Of a stretch of DNA of 64,000 bases, positions 45,830 to 55,414 are shown one piece after another; position 1 is the stretch's first letter; each line of letters opens with the position of its first letter. The stretch is taken from positions 320,001-384,000 of the forward strand of contig CAWBAN010000001.1 of NCBI GenBank assembly GCA_963786935.1. Reading direction: 5' to 3'. The notes under the pieces were generated by a model that had not been told where the DNA came from, did not search any database, and worked only from the letters and a program-made list of their open reading frames with translations. Made by a program: the position numbers and the translations under genes. Source of the DNA: an uncultured bacterium (GTDB taxonomy: Bacteria; Krumholzibacteriota; Krumholzibacteriia; Krumholzibacteriales; Krumholzibacteriaceae).

Positions 45830-47008
45830 ATGTTCTTTCAAGCGCTGAACCGCATCGTCCGGAGACGCTCGATCGTCGCGTGGCTGACGCTCGCCGGCTT
45901 TCTCGCCGCGCTCGCGTTCGTTCTCGTTTCGGGACCGCGCTACGAATCGCGCGCGCTGCTTCTTCCGCCGGTCGAGGAGGCCGGCGAAGGGATTCTCGCC
46001 GCGTGGATGACGAAGCTCAATCTTCCCTCGGTCGTCGCCCCCGCGAGCGCGGGAGCGGCCTCCGCGACGATCCTCGGGGACATTCTCGGGAGCCGCCGTC
46101 TCGGCGAGATGATCATCGATACGCTCGCGCTGAGGGATCATTTCAAGACGGAAAGCATGGACGACGCGCTGCTCGAGCTGCGCGCCCGGTCGAGCTGGTC
46201 GATCACCGGCACGGGCCTCATCCACCTGAGCGTCACGGATCGGGATCCGGCGGTCGCCCTGCGCATCGCCGAGGCGTACATCGCGGGGCTCGACTCGCTC
46301 AACCGGTTCCTGCAGTACTCGCGCGCCGAGCAGACGCGGAAATTCATGTCGGCGCAGCTCGCGACGCACCGCGATCGGATCGGCAAGGCGCGGCGCGAGA
46401 TCGCCGCGTTTCAGACCAAGCACAACATCGTCGATTTCGACGAGCAGGTGCGCGGCGCGATCGGCGTGGCGGCCGACCTCAAGGTCAGGGCGGTGCTCGC
46501 CGGCATCGAGCGCGACCTCATCGAGCAGTACCAGCAGACGGGATCCCTCGAGCTCAGGCGGAAAAACGCCGAGTACGACGGCCTGATGCGGCAGCTCGAA
46601 AGCATCATGAACGGCGACAGCGCCGGCGCCGTGTTCGTACCGCTCGACCGAATGCCCGCCCTCGTGCAGACGTACGCGCGGATGGAGCGCGATCTCGAGG
46701 TGAACGAGCGGGTCTTCGCGTACCTGCTCGAGCGCTACGAGGAGGCCGGCATCGACCAGGCGCGCACGACGCCCGTCGTGCAGGTCGTCGACGAGCCGAA
46801 TCTCGCCGAAAAGCCGTCCGGATGGCCCCGATGGCTCGTCGTGCTCGTGGTGACGGCCGTCGTGTTCGTCTGGTCCGCCGCCGTCGTGCTGTGGTGGGAC
46901 TGGGTGCGGGAGCGGGAGAAATCGGGAGCGGAGCTGCGCGCGTTTTCCGAGCTGCAGGAAACGGCGCGGAGCGACGTGGAGTGGCTGCGGGGGAAACTGC
47001 GGTTCTAG
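45830..47008 (+). CDS. Wzz/GumC-like polysaccharide co-polymerase (no kinase domain)
   Basis: Two terminal TM helices flanking a coiled-coil periplasmic region, with PRYESRA and VQVVDEP..P motifs. Confidence 0.8.
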   Translation: MFFQALNRIVRRRSIVAWLTLAGFLAALAFVLVSGPRYESRALLLPPVEEAGEGILAAWMTKLNLPSVVAPASAGAASATILGDILGSRRLGEMIIDTLALRDHFKTESMDDALLELRARSSWSITGTGLIHLSVTDRDPAVALRIAEAYIAGLDSLNRFLQYSRAEQTRKFMSAQLATHRDRIGKARREIAAFQTKHNIVDFDEQVRGAIGVAADLKVRAVLAGIERDLIEQYQQTGSLELRRKNAEYDGLMRQLESIMNGDSAGAVFVPLDRMPALVQTYARMERDLEVNERVFAYLLERYEEAGIDQARTTPVVQVVDEPNLAEKPSGWPRWLVVLVVTAVVFVWSAAVVLWWDWVREREKSGAELRAFSELQETARSDVEWLRGKLRF

Positions 47009-47065
47009 CCCTCTTTCGGTCCCGGCGGACCCCTATCTGGAATATCCCTTGCAAGACAGCCGGTT

Positions 47066-48478
47066 ATGATGGATCGCGCGATACGCAGAAGGATGCTCGT
47101 CGCATGCCTGCTCGGCGCCGCCACGGCGGCGATCGGGCTCGGGAGCTGCTCGTACTTCGATTATCGAACGGGCGATGCGGCGCCGTTCCTCCTCTACCGC
47201 CTCTCGCTCGCCGATCGCGATCTGGCCGTCGCGCACGTCCGCGGCGCGATGTTCGGGCTCACGGCGGACGAGGCGCCCTTCATGGCGTTCGCGGGCCCGA
47301 AGGGCAAAATGCTCGATCCGATCGGGTTTCGGGCCGCCGATCGCGAGGGAAGGGCGCTCGATGTCCGCGGCGGGGACGGGCGCTGGATCGTCGAGAGCGG
47401 CGGCCGGGATTTCACGTTCGATTACGACGTCGTGCTCACGATCGAGGACCGCTATACGGCCGACGTCCGCGACATGATGACGTTCGTCGGCGCCGAACGA
47501 TCCCGGATCCTCGGACGGGACGTGTTCCTCGTGCCCGAGCTGAACGTCGCCGACGGCGTCCTCGTCGACGTCGCCACGCTCCCCGGGTGGGTCCTCGACG
47601 CCTCGTCGCCGTGCGCCGGCAACCGGATCATCGTGCCCGATTGCGGGGAGCTCCCGTTCACCCTCGCCGTCTCCGGCGATTACCGGAACCTCGCGCGGAC
47701 CGTGGCGGGAACCGAGATCTCGCTCGCCATCGCCGATTCGTGGTCGTTCACCGACGAGGAGATCTTCGACGTCATCTGCCGGATCGTCGCCGAGGAAATC
47801 ACCCTGTTCGGCTCGTCTCCCCGCGCGCGCTACCTGTTCGTCTGCGACGCGAATCCGGTCATGGGCGAACGCTTCGATTACTACGGGATACATTACGGCG
47901 GCAGCATGATGCTGCTGCTCGACCGGCGGCTCGATCGGAGCGAGCTCGTGGACACCCCGATGGCCATCATCGCGCACGAGTTCTTCCACAACTGGAACGG
48001 CGAGGCGATCGGACCCACCGGCGGGGAATTTCTCTGGTTCACCGAAGGCGTCACGAACTACTACTCGTATCAGGTGCTGCGCGGCGCGCGTGTGATCACG
48101 GACGCTCAGTACGAGACGCGCCGCCGGACCATCGCCGGGCGGTATCGCGAGAATCCCTACGCGGGCCGCGTCACCATCGGCGAGGCGGGCAACAGCGACA
48201 TGGCGGACAAGGACATGGTCAACCTCCTCTACGACGGCGGCTTCCTCGCGGCCGAAGCGCTCGACGCGGACCTCCGCGAGCGCACCGGCGGACGCGTGGC
48301 GCTCATCGATGTCCTGAAATACATGTGCGAGCATCCCGGATCCTCCCCGGCGGGCGAATCGTCCTTTCTCGGCGCCGCGAGCTCCCTCGGCGGCGGCGAC
48401 CTCTCGGCTTTACTGAACGACCTCGTGCATGCGCCCCGCCCGGCGCTCCTCGAGGGCGACCGCTCTTCCCTTGAATAA
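47066..48478 (+). CDS. M61/M1-like gluzincin metallopeptidase, probable lipoprotein
   Basis: AHEFFHNWN...WFTEGVTNYY, LYDGG and lipobox LGSC. Confidence 0.8.
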   Translation: MMDRAIRRRMLVACLLGAATAAIGLGSCSYFDYRTGDAAPFLLYRLSLADRDLAVAHVRGAMFGLTADEAPFMAFAGPKGKMLDPIGFRAADREGRALDVRGGDGRWIVESGGRDFTFDYDVVLTIEDRYTADVRDMMTFVGAERSRILGRDVFLVPELNVADGVLVDVATLPGWVLDASSPCAGNRIIVPDCGELPFTLAVSGDYRNLARTVAGTEISLAIADSWSFTDEEIFDVICRIVAEEITLFGSSPRARYLFVCDANPVMGERFDYYGIHYGGSMMLLLDRRLDRSELVDTPMAIIAHEFFHNWNGEAIGPTGGEFLWFTEGVTNYYSYQVLRGARVITDAQYETRRRTIAGRYRENPYAGRVTIGEAGNSDMADKDMVNLLYDGGFLAAEALDADLRERTGGRVALIDVLKYMCEHPGSSPAGESSFLGAASSLGGGDLSALLNDLVHAPRPALLEGDRSSLE

Positions 48479-48549
48479 GATCCCCGCTTGTTTTACATTC
48501 CTCATGCGTTTCGATCGATAATCGTCGTTCGGGAAACCGAGGTTCACGC

Positions 48550-50550
48550 ATGCGTACGACAATCCGTCGCGCCGCGGCGCCCCTGGCGATCGCGGCGGCG
48601 ACGTTCATCGTCCTCGCGGCGCCACCGGCGCCGCCCGCGGCCGCGGGGGGGGCGTGGCTCCGCTCGGGGGAGCGGCATTCGCTCCCGTCGCTCGAAGACA
48701 AAGGGAATCGTCCCGTCCCGGGGAGATTCTCCGTGCTCTGTTCGGCGAAGGAGGTGCGTTCGCTCGCCGTGGCGGATGACACGCTCTGGATCGGCACGGA
48801 GGGAGGGCTCTTCGCCTGCCGAATCCGGGACGAACGAATCGTTCCGGTGAGCGGCCCCGGATCGATCTCGGTGCGCGCGATCGCGGCGGACGACCGCGGC
48901 GAGCTCTGGATCGGCGGCGATCACGGGATCAGCGTCCGTTCGAACGACGCGTGGAAGTGGTATCCGGAGGAGTCGGCGCCGCTCTTCCGCCGCGTCGCGT
49001 GCATCGTGCCGGGCGAGACGAGGCTCTGGATCGGGAGCTACGGGGGCGGGTGCGGTTTCGTCGTCGACGCGGCGCTCACCGTGCTGGGCGCCCGGGATTC
49101 CCTCCTCGACGAGCGCGTGCTCGCGATCGCCGAGGAGAACTCGAGCGCCGTCTACTTCGGCACGGCGAGCGGTCTCATGTGCGCCGATTCCCTCGGGTGG
49201 AAATCGCTCCGGTACGGGAGCCGCCTGCCGATCGGCGCCGTCCGCGACGCCCTCTTCGACGAAGACGGGAACCTGTTTCTCGCGATCGCCGGGCAGGGAG
49301 TGGCCGTGTACAGCTTCGGGAGGGTTCGCTCGTTCGGCAGCGCCGCCGGGCCGCCGGGCGCCGAGGTCAACGCGCTCAGTCTCGACTCGACGGGGCGCGT
49401 GTGGGCGGCCGGCGCATCGGGGATATCGATGTTCGACGGATCCGAGTGGACGCAGATCGTCCCCGACGATCGCGGCTCGAAGAAACGCAGCTTTCTCTCC
49501 CTCTGCCACGACGTCGAGGGGATCTGCTACGCGGGCACGGACGACGGCAAGGTGTTCGTCGTGAGCGGCGCCTCGGTGAAGGAGCTCGCCGTTCCGCAGA
49601 CGTTCCCCGAGAGCCGCGTTTCGCGCATCGTCGCGGCCGGCGGCGCGATGTGGCTCGCGGCGGGCTCGGGCATATACAGCGCCCGGGAGACGCTCGCGAA
49701 GGCGCCGGCCCCTCCGGGGCTGTACGCGGAGGAAATAACGGATCTCTTCGTTGCGGAGAACGGCGAGATCTGGAGCACGACCCGTTTCGGCATCCTTCAC
49801 TACGCGGGGAAGGCGTGGGAGGTGTTCGACCGGAAGAGCGGGCTCGCCACGGAGCACTTCACGCGGGTGGTCCGGGATCCCTCGGGAACGCTGTGGTTAG
49901 CGACGTTCGACGGGGGGCTCGTGACGCAGACGGCCGGGAAATGGAGCGCCCTCGGCCGGGAGGACAATCTGCCCGACGGGACGATCGTCGATCTCTCCCT
50001 GGATCCGCGGGGCATGCCGTGGATCGTGACGAGGACCGGGGAGGTCGCCCATCGGATGCAGGGAGTCTGGGCGAGACTGGAGCTCCCGCGGCCCCGGCGC
50101 GCGGCCGCGGATACGGCACGCGCGGGGGAGGCGCTCGGACGGCTGGACCCCGCGATACGTTTCATGAGCGATGCCGCGAACGGGGCCGATTCGCACGCTC
50201 CGGCGAGCGAATACTGCCTCGGATTCGACCGGGCCGGGAGCTGCCTCGTCGGCTCTCCCGACGGCGTATACCGTCTCGGGACGTCGGGCTGGCAGCTGTT
50301 CGAGCTGCCGGGCCCGCTCAGAGGCTCTCGGGCGACCGTGGTGCTCGGCACCGCGAGAGGGGACGTGATGCTCGGCACGGCGGGCGGGGGCGTCCTCCTG
50401 TGGCGGAACGGCGAGTGGTCGAGAATCGCCGCCTCCGGCGGTCTCTCGGACAATTACATCCGCGCCCTGTGCGAGGACCGCGGCGGCGCGGTCTGGATCG
50501 GAACGCAATACGGAGGCGTCACGAAATATTCGCCGCCGGCGGGTCGCTGA
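48550..50550 (+). CDS. Secreted beta-propeller protein (two-component regulator propeller repeats) without a kinase
   Basis: Signal peptide and repeated LWIGTxGG / DxxGxLW blades, ending in GLSDNYIRALCED. Confidence 0.8.
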   Translation: MRTTIRRAAAPLAIAAATFIVLAAPPAPPAAAGGAWLRSGERHSLPSLEDKGNRPVPGRFSVLCSAKEVRSLAVADDTLWIGTEGGLFACRIRDERIVPVSGPGSISVRAIAADDRGELWIGGDHGISVRSNDAWKWYPEESAPLFRRVACIVPGETRLWIGSYGGGCGFVVDAALTVLGARDSLLDERVLAIAEENSSAVYFGTASGLMCADSLGWKSLRYGSRLPIGAVRDALFDEDGNLFLAIAGQGVAVYSFGRVRSFGSAAGPPGAEVNALSLDSTGRVWAAGASGISMFDGSEWTQIVPDDRGSKKRSFLSLCHDVEGICYAGTDDGKVFVVSGASVKELAVPQTFPESRVSRIVAAGGAMWLAAGSGIYSARETLAKAPAPPGLYAEEITDLFVAENGEIWSTTRFGILHYAGKAWEVFDRKSGLATEHFTRVVRDPSGTLWLATFDGGLVTQTAGKWSALGREDNLPDGTIVDLSLDPRGMPWIVTRTGEVAHRMQGVWARLELPRPRRAAADTARAGEALGRLDPAIRFMSDAANGADSHAPASEYCLGFDRAGSCLVGSPDGVYRLGTSGWQLFELPGPLRGSRATVVLGTARGDVMLGTAGGGVLLWRNGEWSRIAASGGLSDNYIRALCEDRGGAVWIGTQYGGVTKYSPPAGR

Positions 50551-50588
50551 GCGAGGCCCCGAGGAAGCGGCTTCGGGGGCATTATTCC

Positions 50589-50617
50589 TTGACTCGACTC
50601 GGCCGGCTCACTATACT
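50589..50617 (+). promoter_or_regulatory. Sigma-70 promoter upstream of the structured leader
   Basis: TTGACT-N17-TATACT. Confidence 0.7.
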
Positions 50618-50639
50618 TCGGATAGAAGGAGCCTTATCG

Positions 50640-50723
50640 AACCATCGCTATCGTTTTCTCGTTTCCAGTGTAGATCGGCATTCCGGAGGGACGCCATGAG
50701 AAAACGGTCAGCGAGGTTTTTTT
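50640..50723 (+). promoter_or_regulatory. Long hairpin with a U7 tract (attenuator-like leader or sRNA)
   Basis: AACC-A-TCGCT-ATCGTTTTCTCGT pairs with ATGAGAAAACGGT-C-AGCGA-GGTT, whose final TT begins a run of 7 T. Confidence 0.55.
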
Positions 50724-50797
50724 ACCCTCCCCCCAAATTGTCGTTGACCATTTTCGACAGTATGGTATTAATTAGTATCTTCGCTCGGAGGGACTAG
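50696..50797 (+). CDS. Candidate leader peptide MRKRSARFFYPPPKLSLTIFDSMVLISIFARRD
   Basis: SD GGAGGG at 50685-50690 and ATG at 50696. The TAG ends 1 nt before the GT2 start. Codon usage is atypical for this genome. Confidence 0.35.
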   Translation: MRKRSARFFYPPPKLSLTIFDSMVLISIFARRD

Positions 50798-50798
50798 C

Positions 50799-52055
50799 GT
50801 GGAACTTGCTGCAGGGGTTATAGTTATAGCCATTCTCGGTATCGTGCTGTATACGTATGTCGGGTACCCTCTCATCCTCTACCTCCTCGGGCTCTTTCGC
50901 GCCCACCGGATCCGGCGCGACGACCGGTATGTCCCGCGGGTGATCCTGATCATCTCCGTGCACAACGAAGAGCGCATCATCCGCGACAAGATTGATAACT
51001 GCCTCGCGCTGGATTACCCGAAAGACAGGCTCAAGATCGTGGTCGCGAGCGACGGCTCCGTCGACGGAACCAACGATATCGTGAGGGAGTACGAGAGCCG
51101 CGGCATCGTGCTCAAGGCGTTCGAGCGCAGGGAAGGCAAGAGCGCCACGCTCAACCGCGCGGTTCTCGGGCTCGACGGGGACGTGCTCGTGTTCTCCGAC
51201 GCGAACGCGTTCTATCGCGAAGACGCGATCCGCATGCTCGTCCGGAACCTGGCGCAGGACGACATCGGCTGCGTCGTGGGCAAGCTCGTGTACGTGACCA
51301 ATCATTCGTATGTCGGCAAGGGCGAGAGTCTCTACTGGCGCTACGAGTCGTTCCTCAACGCCCTCGAGAGCAGGATCAAATCGGTTCTCGTCGGCACGGG
51401 GACGATCTTCGCCGTACGCCGGGAGCTCTTCTTCCCGCTCGTGAAGGACGTCGCGAACGATTTCCAGCTTCCCGCCGAGGTCGCCTCGCGGGGGTACGGC
51501 GTCGTTTTCGACGGGGACGCGATCGCCTACGAGAAGTCGTCCTTCTTCTTCCGGGAGGAGTTCGCGCGCAAACGGAGGATCATTGTCCGCGGGCTCACCG
51601 GCTTCGGAGCCCTCCGGGGGAGTTTCGGCGGCCCGTTCCGCATCTTCCAGTTCGTCTCGAGAAAGCTCGTCCGGTGGTGCGTCGGACCGCTCATGCCCGC
51701 CCTGTACGCGGCGAATCTCCTGCTGCTCGCCCATCCGGCGTTCCTCGCGCTTTTCGTGCTTCAGAACGCGTTCTACGTTCTCGCGCTCGTCGGCACGCTC
51801 CTGCGGCGCGGCGGGGTTCAATCGAGGGTCTTGTTCATACCCTTCTACTTCGTGATGGTGAACGCGGCGTCCGTCGCGGCGATCGCGACCTATCTCGGCG
51901 GCGATCGACTCTCGTCGTGGGAGAAGGCGGAGACGACGCGCGACACGGACGAGCACGCCGGCTTCGCGCCGATGCTCCGCGTCATCGAAGGAAAGAAGGA
52001 TCTCCCGTACATGGACAAGCAAAAGGGCGTCGAAAAGCTCGAGCGCATCACCTGA
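50799..52055 (+). CDS. Family 2 glycosyltransferase (PgaC/IcaA-like)
   Basis: YVGYP, HNEE, SDGSVD, GKSATLN, FSDAN, NDF and RKRRI motifs with C-terminal TM helices. Confidence 0.92.
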   Translation: MELAAGVIVIAILGIVLYTYVGYPLILYLLGLFRAHRIRRDDRYVPRVILIISVHNEERIIRDKIDNCLALDYPKDRLKIVVASDGSVDGTNDIVREYESRGIVLKAFERREGKSATLNRAVLGLDGDVLVFSDANAFYREDAIRMLVRNLAQDDIGCVVGKLVYVTNHSYVGKGESLYWRYESFLNALESRIKSVLVGTGTIFAVRRELFFPLVKDVANDFQLPAEVASRGYGVVFDGDAIAYEKSSFFFREEFARKRRIIVRGLTGFGALRGSFGGPFRIFQFVSRKLVRWCVGPLMPALYAANLLLLAHPAFLALFVLQNAFYVLALVGTLLRRGGVQSRVLFIPFYFVMVNAASVAAIATYLGGDRLSSWEKAETTRDTDEHAGFAPMLRVIEGKKDLPYMDKQKGVEKLERIT

Positions 52056-52067
52056 TCCTCCCCGCTC

Positions 52068-53228
52068 ATGGACCATTACCGCATTCTGCATTTCACGAGC
52101 ACCCTTCGGACGGGCGGCGCGGAGCGCCATCTGCTCAATCTGAGCCGGCATCTGAGGGCCCGGGGGCACGAGATCGCCGTCTGCACGCTGTCGACGGTCG
52201 AGGACGGGCTCGAGGGGCGATTCATCGACGAGGGTATCCCGCTCTTTCGCCTCCCGCTCGGATCGCTGCGGTTCCTGCCGGCGCCGCGCACCGTCTCGGG
52301 CATCCGGAGAATCGCGGGCGGTTTCGAGCCGCAGATCGTCCACGCGCACCTCTTCCATGCCGAGGTCGCCGCGGCGTTCGCCACGCTCGTCTCACCCGCC
52401 GCGCTCGTCGCCACCCGGCACAGCGCCGGGCTCGAGTTCCGCGGCTGGCACGCGCTCGCGGCGCGGGCCATCTCGCCGCGATTCGACGCGTGCATCGCCG
52501 TGAGCGCGGGAGCGGCGAGAGAGGCGATCCGGACGGGTTTCGCGCCCGCGAAGGTCGCGCTCATCCCGAACGCCGTCGATCCGGCGCGGTACCGGCCGCT
52601 CGCCGCGGCCGACCGGGAACGAGGCAGGACGGCGCTCTGCGCGGAGCTTTACCCGGACGCGGTTCCCCGCGAGCTCATTCTCATCGGATCCGTCGGCGGA
52701 CTGAAATCGGTCAAGAATCACCAGCTCATGCTGCGGGCGGCTTCGAGGCTCGTGTCGGAACGCTCGTCCCGCCCCGGCGCGCCGGCGCTGCGATTCGTGA
52801 TCTTCGGGGAGGGGGAGGAGCGAGCCGCGTGCGAGCGTCTGGCCCGGGAGCTCGGGATCGAACGAATATTCTCGCTCCCCGGCGAGCGGGACGATCTGGA
52901 ATCGCTCTATCCGCTGCTCGATGTGTTCATGCTTCCGTCGTGGAGCGAAGGATTGCCGTTGGCGCTGCTCGAGGCCATGTCATCGGGAGTCGCATGCGTC
53001 GCGACCGACGTGGGGGATGTTGGGGAGGCGATAGGGGATACCGGAGCCGTCACGCCGCCCGGCGACGAAGAGGCGCTCGCCGAGGCCGTTCAATATATTA
53101 TCAAAAAAGAAGATAGGCTGAAGGAGCTGGGCCGCAAGGCGCGCGTGCGGGTGCTCGAGAGATACAATGAGGATCTCTGGGGGGAGCGGATCGTTTCCGT
53201 TTACCGGTCGGTTCTCCATAATCGATAA
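52068..53228 (+). CDS. Family 4 glycosyltransferase
   Basis: GGAERHL, IVHAH, IPNAVD, KNH and EGLPLALLEAM. Confidence 0.92.
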   Translation: MDHYRILHFTSTLRTGGAERHLLNLSRHLRARGHEIAVCTLSTVEDGLEGRFIDEGIPLFRLPLGSLRFLPAPRTVSGIRRIAGGFEPQIVHAHLFHAEVAAAFATLVSPAALVATRHSAGLEFRGWHALAARAISPRFDACIAVSAGAAREAIRTGFAPAKVALIPNAVDPARYRPLAAADRERGRTALCAELYPDAVPRELILIGSVGGLKSVKNHQLMLRAASRLVSERSSRPGAPALRFVIFGEGEERAACERLARELGIERIFSLPGERDDLESLYPLLDVFMLPSWSEGLPLALLEAMSSGVACVATDVGDVGEAIGDTGAVTPPGDEEALAEAVQYIIKKEDRLKELGRKARVRVLERYNEDLWGERIVSVYRSVLHNR

Positions 53229-53233
53229 AAATT

Positions 53234-53260
53234 TGAAACTTCAGGGCGTTTCCGGACTAT
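53234..53260 (+). promoter_or_regulatory. Putative ECF sigma-factor promoter
   Basis: TGAAACTT...GACTAT, with a GAAAC -35 box, upstream of a periplasmic PDZ protein. Confidence 0.45.
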
Positions 53261-53322
53261 AACCTGAGCAGAAGAAGCATCGACTGCGTACGAACACTTC
53301 GAGGAGGTGAGGGGCGCTTCAT

Positions 53323-54372
53323 GTGTCCCGCAAGATGAAAAGAACGGCACTATTCGGGATTCTGGCGATAGGCGCGGCATGCGCGATCCTGTGGGGGCCG
53401 GGCGCGGCGTCCCTGCATGCCCAGGAGGGACCGAGCGTCATCGGCGCCGTCGGCGGCGCTCAAGAGGTCGAGAAGGGGAAAGAGTGCTGCGCTTACATGG
53501 GCATTTATATGGACGATCTCTCGGCCCGGATCAAGGAAAAGGCATCCTATCCTCACGCGAACGGCGTCTTGATAACGAACGTGGCCCCGGGCGGCCCCGC
53601 CGAAAAGGCCGGAATCGAGAGCGGCGACATCGTGTACCTATTCGACGGCGTCAAGGTGGAGGACGCGATGCAGCTCGGGAAGCTCGTCAAGGGGCACCAG
53701 GTGGGGGACAACGTGCCGGTCGTGATTTTCCGGGACGGGAAGGAGAAGAAGCTCACCGTGAAGCTCGAGCGCCGCGATCCCCAAACCGTCAAGGACGCGC
53801 TCGGCGCCTATGTCACCGTCGATATGGAAGACGTGTTGAAAGACGCATACCGGTCGGCCGGCAACGTGTATGTTAAATCCATGATGAAAGGGCACCTCGG
53901 AATGGTCCTGCTCGATCTCAACGACGATATCGCTCCCTATTTCAGCGTGAAGAAAAGCGCCGGCGCGCTCGTGTACGTCGTCGAAAAGGGAAGCCCGGCC
54001 GAAAAGGCGGGAATCAAAGGCGGCGACGTGATCGCGGGTGTCGACGGCGCGGCCGTCGAGAGCGTCGAATGCGTCACGAGCGGGCTCGCCGATATCGAGA
54101 AGGGGGACAAGGTAACCCTCGAGATACTTCGCAGGGGCGTCAAGAAGAGCTGTGTCCTCGAAGCCGACGAGACCCATCCGTCCGTCGGCATGTTCATCGC
54201 GCCGTTCGATCAGGGGACGATCAAAGCGAAGAAGGCGCCGCCGCCGCCCGAGTGGCTCGAAGCGAATCGGAGCAAGGAGGAGGCGCAGAAGCTCAGGGAA
54301 GAGATGAAGGTCCTCCAGGAGCGCTTGAAGGAGCTCGAGGAACGTCTCGGCGACGTGGAAAAAAGAGAGTGA
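53323..54372 (+). CDS. Exported tandem-PDZ protein with a C-terminal coiled coil and no protease domain
   Basis: Signal peptide, two GPAEKAGI/GSPAEKAGI..GD PDZ domains and a heptad-rich tail. Confidence 0.85.
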   Translation: MSRKMKRTALFGILAIGAACAILWGPGAASLHAQEGPSVIGAVGGAQEVEKGKECCAYMGIYMDDLSARIKEKASYPHANGVLITNVAPGGPAEKAGIESGDIVYLFDGVKVEDAMQLGKLVKGHQVGDNVPVVIFRDGKEKKLTVKLERRDPQTVKDALGAYVTVDMEDVLKDAYRSAGNVYVKSMMKGHLGMVLLDLNDDIAPYFSVKKSAGALVYVVEKGSPAEKAGIKGGDVIAGVDGAAVESVECVTSGLADIEKGDKVTLEILRRGVKKSCVLEADETHPSVGMFIAPFDQGTIKAKKAPPPPEWLEANRSKEEAQKLREEMKVLQERLKELEERLGDVEKRE

Positions 54373-54446
54373 TTCGGCAGCAGGATCGCCCGGTCCCCCG
54401 GACGGCGTCGGGCCGCCCGCGCGGAGCCGGTCGCTTCGACCCGCGG

Positions 54447-54472
54447 GGGGCGGCTTTTCAGCCGCCCTTTTT
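54447..54472 (+). terminator. Rho-independent terminator
   Basis: GGGCGGCT-TTTC-AGCCGCCC-TTTTT. Confidence 0.8.
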
Positions 54473-54543
54473 CATTCGCTCCGCGCGGTTCGAGCTCCCG
54501 GCTTGCGAGAGCGCCGCATGATCGCTCCGCGATGCCAAATCCT

Positions 54544-54572
54544 TTGACAGCCAGCGAAAAGTGTTCTATGTT
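54544..54572 (+). promoter_or_regulatory. Sigma-70 promoter of the yip1-EF-G-ruv-que cluster
   Basis: TTGACA-N17-TATGTT. Confidence 0.65.
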
Positions 54573-54646
54573 AGTTGTTTAAATCCCCCCGGGGGCGGAT
54601 AGCGCGTCCCGGCGAGGGGATGGTGTGTTCGCAAGGAGGATGAACG

Positions 54647-55393
54647 ATGGCGGATAACCAGGAGAACGTCCGGGTTCCGGAGTCCGGCGATCAGGGCGCG
54701 GACAAATCGAAGGGCGGTTTTCTCGCGTCGATCCTCGATGTCTTCGTCGATCCGTTCAAGGTGTTCGCCCGTGTCGACGCGGGGCTCTCGTGGTGGAAGC
54801 CGTTCGTGCTCGTGACCGCCGTGTCGCTGGTCCTCACGTACCTCATGCTGCCGTTTCAGAAGAGGCTTATCGAGCTCAATCCGCGGGGCATGGGGGAGGA
54901 GCAGCTGCAGCAGGCGGTCGATGGATTCGATAAATTCGCACCGTTGTCGCTCATCACCGTGCCTGTTTTTCTCATCATCGTATACCTGATCCTCGCGGGC
55001 ATCGTGCACCTCGTCGTCAACATCATGAGCACGCGTTCGAACTACAAGAAGACGCTGAGCCTCATTTCGTTCTGCGGCATCATCACGATCGTCGAGCAGA
55101 TCATCAGCACGGCGGTTCTCCGGACGCGCGGCGTCGAGAGCATGGAGTCCGCCGCGGACATGAAATTCAGCCTGAGCCTCGCGCCGCTCGTCGGCGATGG
55201 GAAGGGGCTGCTCAACGCGGTGCTCCAGAGCCTCAGCGTGTTCCAGATATGGTATTACGTCGTGCTCGTGCTCGGCATCGCGGCGATATTCAAGATGACG
55301 CGGAAGGCTGCGATCATTCCTGCCCTTCCCATGTGGATCATCAGCATACTCATGCTCTGGATCGGAGGCAAATTCGGCGGGGGCATGGGCTGA
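54647..55393 (+). CDS. Yip1-family membrane protein
   Basis: DVFVDPFKVFAR motif, about 5 TM helices, SD AAGGAGG. Confidence 0.85.
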   Translation: MADNQENVRVPESGDQGADKSKGGFLASILDVFVDPFKVFARVDAGLSWWKPFVLVTAVSLVLTYLMLPFQKRLIELNPRGMGEEQLQQAVDGFDKFAPLSLITVPVFLIIVYLILAGIVHLVVNIMSTRSNYKKTLSLISFCGIITIVEQIISTAVLRTRGVESMESAADMKFSLSLAPLVGDGKGLLNAVLQSLSVFQIWYYVVLVLGIAAIFKMTRKAAIIPALPMWIISILMLWIGGKFGGGMG

Positions 55394-55414
55394 GAGGTTT
55401 CAGAGGAGGTTGTT

